A DNA stretch of 55,948 nt from contig NC_068997.1 of NCBI RefSeq assembly GCF_001194135.2, forward strand, positions 54,181,168 to 54,237,115. Reading direction: 5' to 3'. The notes under the pieces were generated by a model. That model made no database searches and was not told the origin of the DNA. It worked only from the letters and a program-made list of their open reading frames with translations. The position numbers and the translations under genes are program-made. Source of the DNA: Octopus bimaculoides (lineage: Eukaryota). Every line of letters starts with the position of its first letter. Position 1 is the first letter of the stretch. Below, in pieces: positions 52,842 through 55,948 of this stretch.

Positions 52842-53035
52842 TAGAATTGTTAGTATTGGATAAATTGTCTTGAGATATTTACTTTGGCTGATTACGTGCC
52901 GAGTTCAAATTACGCGGAGGTTATTCTCAACTTTCATCCCTCCGGGGGCTATAAAATATGGTAGCAGTTAGGTTCTCGGGTTTGTTGCTCCCACTTCTTC
53001 AAATTTCTGGCCTTGAGCTTCTGTTAAAACTGATC
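52842..53035 (+). mobile_element. Old full-length family A SINE
   Basis: gaattgttag...ccgagttcaaattacgcggagg...ctttcatccctccggggg...aaatttctggccttgag is colinear with younger copies but diverged. Confidence 0.65.
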
Positions 53036-53128
53036 ATTAAAACCGGTTAATAGAGATGTGTAACATTCATTGTTTCCCTAGGAACGTTACTGCAATAAGT
53101 TAATTTTTTTTAACTGCAACTTAAATGC

Positions 53129-53209
53129 ACCTCTACGAAGTCGCTGTATCTGCTAGCAATAACAGTCAAATACACCTCCGAAATAACACCCTACTGTTCC
53201 AATAAAAAG
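53129..53209 (+). repeat. Family D repeat copy
   Basis: cctctacgaagtcgctgtatctgctagcaataacagtcaaatacacctccgaaataacaccctactg. Confidence 0.6.
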
Positions 53210-53530
53210 TAATTATGCGTTAGAAGATATATTTATTGATCCACCAATATGTGGGACGTTGACGGATAGTCGTATTTCATCATAAAGATCCTCAATCATG
53301 ATTGACCGAAAGCAAATCGATCACAGCAGAATGAATTTGTCACTTGTGGTGGACATTCAGACATATTCTTTCATAAGTCGTAATTTCCAGCATTCAGATG
53401 AAAAACAGAAAGAACGGCCATGAGACAGAACAGGAAATTATAGGTGGCCACTGTTTCTGCTAGAAATCAGTCATAATTACAATAAATTGCATTCCCCCAT
53501 TTTATTTAAGTATAGATATTGTGAAATATA

Positions 53531-53736
53531 TTTTCAACTTTTGACACGAAGCCAGAAATTTCGAGGTAGGGCGTAAGTCAATTACACCGACCCCAGTTCA
53601 GCACTGGTACTTATTTTATCGACGTGGAGAGGATGAACGGTAAAGTCGATCCCGGCGGCATTTGAACTCAGAATGTAAAGACGTGCCGCTATGCATTTTC
53701 TTTGGTGCTCTAACGATTCTGCCAGCGCGTCACCTT
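53531..53736 (-). mobile_element. Full-length family A SINE with a degenerate TSD
   Basis: Complete head-to-tail match. The flanks are gatattgtgaaatata (53515-53530) and gataatgtgactaatata (53737-53754). Confidence 0.88.
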
Positions 53737-53776
53737 GATAATGTGACTAATATAAACTAGAGAATGTAATAGAAAC

Positions 53777-53850
53777 GACGAGATGGCTAAAACTGGAACC
53801 ACGCTGAAGAAAGGCTACTTCACTAAGAGAGACCCTGGGCTAAACAACAA
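53777..53850 (-). repeat. Family E repeat copy
   Basis: The reverse complement is ttgttgtttagcccagggtctctc...ttccagttttagccatctcgtc. Confidence 0.55.
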
Positions 53851-54753
53851 TGACAAAGATTAGACTTAAAGTGGAGGTACATGATTAATGAGAAAAGTCT
53901 TTATATATGTGTTTGTGTGTTTGTGTGTGTATGTATGTATATAAATGCATATGTGCGCGGGAGACCGTGCTTGTGTGTATGGTGTGTGTGTGTGTGTGTG
54001 TGTGTGAGTGCGTTCATAGAAGAAGTAAAATATTCATTGGAAAGATAGCAAAATCAGTCGCCTCGTATGGAGAGCTGCTTGTAACTAAGACAAATAATAT
54101 ATGACCCCCCCCCCCCCCAAAAAAAAAGATAAAATGTTAGAAAGCAAAAAATAATACAATTTACAAAATATAAAAAATACACCGGCTGAAGTCTCTAAGC
54201 ACAGACGAATATAAACACACACGTTTACAGTGATATACAAATAATCATGCACATATTTACACACTAATGTAATACAACAAAAAATGGCGACCCATAATTT
54301 TTCGATCGCAATTGTTGGAAATATATGTCGTTAACAATTGATCAGGTCAGAGCTAAAGTTGGGAAGAGAAGCACAAAATTGTACAACGTTTAATGATAGA
54401 CATATCTATTGTTCCATGATCAATGTTAGAATGTTCCTAGAAGCAAGAATATAAAATAAAGTAAGAAAGATAATGCAACGTAGCTCTCTCTGCTGAAATC
54501 TAAGACTTTTTCTGAAGAAGTTCAAGTTCAAAGAGGATGGGATTAACGCTAATCTCTTCGATTCCATTAAATTTTCGGGTCATGTTACACATCTTTCTTC
54601 GATTTGCTGAAATCTAACATCGAAGAGAGATTATTTCTTCAATAGATATTAGAAAATAATGATAAATCTCTCTTTTTCATGTGTAACTCTCCCTAGTTCT
54701 TCATTTACATTCCATTCTACCTCTCTCACTCTCTCACGCACACACATATAAAT

Positions 54754-54806
<53 letters not shown>

Positions 54807-55055
54807 GAGTAAGAACTGGCTCTGTGGTTCAGAAAGTTGGAATTGAGACATGTTTCCATTAAGTATACCTATGTAATGGCAGTGTGAGCCTCTTTTTTTA
54901 CTAATGCATCAGGCTGGCGATGCGGTATTCGATATTCTAGATATTCTAAGGAAACATCCATGATAAATGACCTTTTGGCGTTAATACTGCTTCATCGCTA
55001 ATAATTATTTTTTAATAAGCCTGCTGGCCAAGTGTGACATCATTACCTGACAAGT

Positions 55056-55270
55056 TGCTGATATTCTATACATCGTAGCAGCGAGATTTGATTGCATGCA
55101 GTGATCGGTGCTTCCCACTGGTGATTCCCAGTAGATGAAATCACGTGATATGACACTTCCGGAAAATAACAGCTGATTCTTGCCTGCTACCATGAGTGCT
55201 TTTATGGTGCTAGCGCCTATATGAGAGAATCTCTCAAGTCTAGTAACGCGGCATTTGGTGATCTAACAGG
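55056..55270 (+). repeat. ~225-bp ancient dispersed repeat, copy 2
   Basis: Colinear with 26059-26285. Confidence 0.85.
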
Positions 55271-55285
55271 ATACCCATGTTAGGT

Positions 55286-55325
<40 letters not shown>

Positions 55326-55371
55326 TGTCTGTCTGCGTGTGTCTGTGTCTGTGTGTGTGCGTGCGTGTGCG

Positions 55372-55409
<38 letters not shown>

Positions 55410-55557
55410 ACTATATGTGTGTGACTGTGTCTATGTGTGTGTGATTGTATATATATGCATGTGTGCATACATACATAAATACGTACATACATACATACGT
55501 ACATGCATACATACATACATACTTACATACATACATACATGCCTACATACATATATA

Positions 55558-55666
55558 CAAAAATATCCTATTGATGTTGAAATTCCAATGAAGGAACCTT
55601 GGATCCAGAATAGAAACCGGCTCTTTCTCTATTGGCAAGAAAGCTTGAATTAAAATTGAATAATGA
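55558..55666 (+). mobile_element. ~110-bp (CATA)n-associated element, copy 4
   Basis: caaaaatatcctattgatgttgaaattccaatgaaggaaccttggatccagaatagaaaccggctctttctctattggcaagaaagcttgaattaaaattgaataatga, with CATA arrays on both sides. Confidence 0.9.
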
Positions 55667-55948
55667 CATACATACATAACTTTAGGTTAGTTAAATATAT
55701 TGGTAGCTGTGGAGAAAAATTCCTCCCTTACGTTAACGGTTTATGACTGTATCAACGTGTGTATGTATTTGTGTATGCATGTATGCATGTATGTGTGTAT
55801 ATATGTATATATATATATATATATATACATACAAAAAAACGCGTGTCTACACACACACGCACATATATAGTTAGGCATGTATATATATGTATACATATGT
55901 GTATTTATGCATTCGTGTTTGATGGTGTTTGCGTGTGTTGATTCCAGG

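Overview
This is AT-rich eukaryotic (animal) DNA, very dense in microsatellites ((TA)n, (CA)n, (CATA)n, (GATA)n, (AAT)n), with about 17 N-gaps that mostly abut simple repeats. The repeat families look like ones I recall from Octopus genomes; this is inference, not a database result. I can support only one host gene: a rhodopsin-family (class A) peptide-type GPCR at 35517-36581 (+), with all 7 TM segments in one exon, a probable upstream intron and an unusual Glu at position 3.32. The rest is a transposon graveyard. It holds (i) a Helitron helicase relic interrupted by a hAT MITE whose removal restores the reading frame, (ii) a DD41D Tc1/mariner relic with an inverted partial second copy, (iii) an internally deleted hAT, (iv) a Gypsy integrase relic, (v) two tRNA-derived SINE families, including dimers and copies with clear target-site duplications, and (vi) several short dispersed repeats. 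The most intriguing unexplained signals are a near-textbook minimal hammerhead-ribozyme motif at 40040-40076 and a ~110-bp element, in four copies, that always abuts (CATA)n arrays and carries a GAAACCGGT palindrome. Almost all ORFs in the supplied track are microsatellite or gap artefacts. I found no rRNA, true tRNA or CRISPR. Coordinates of degenerate repeats are approximate (within about 10-20 nt).
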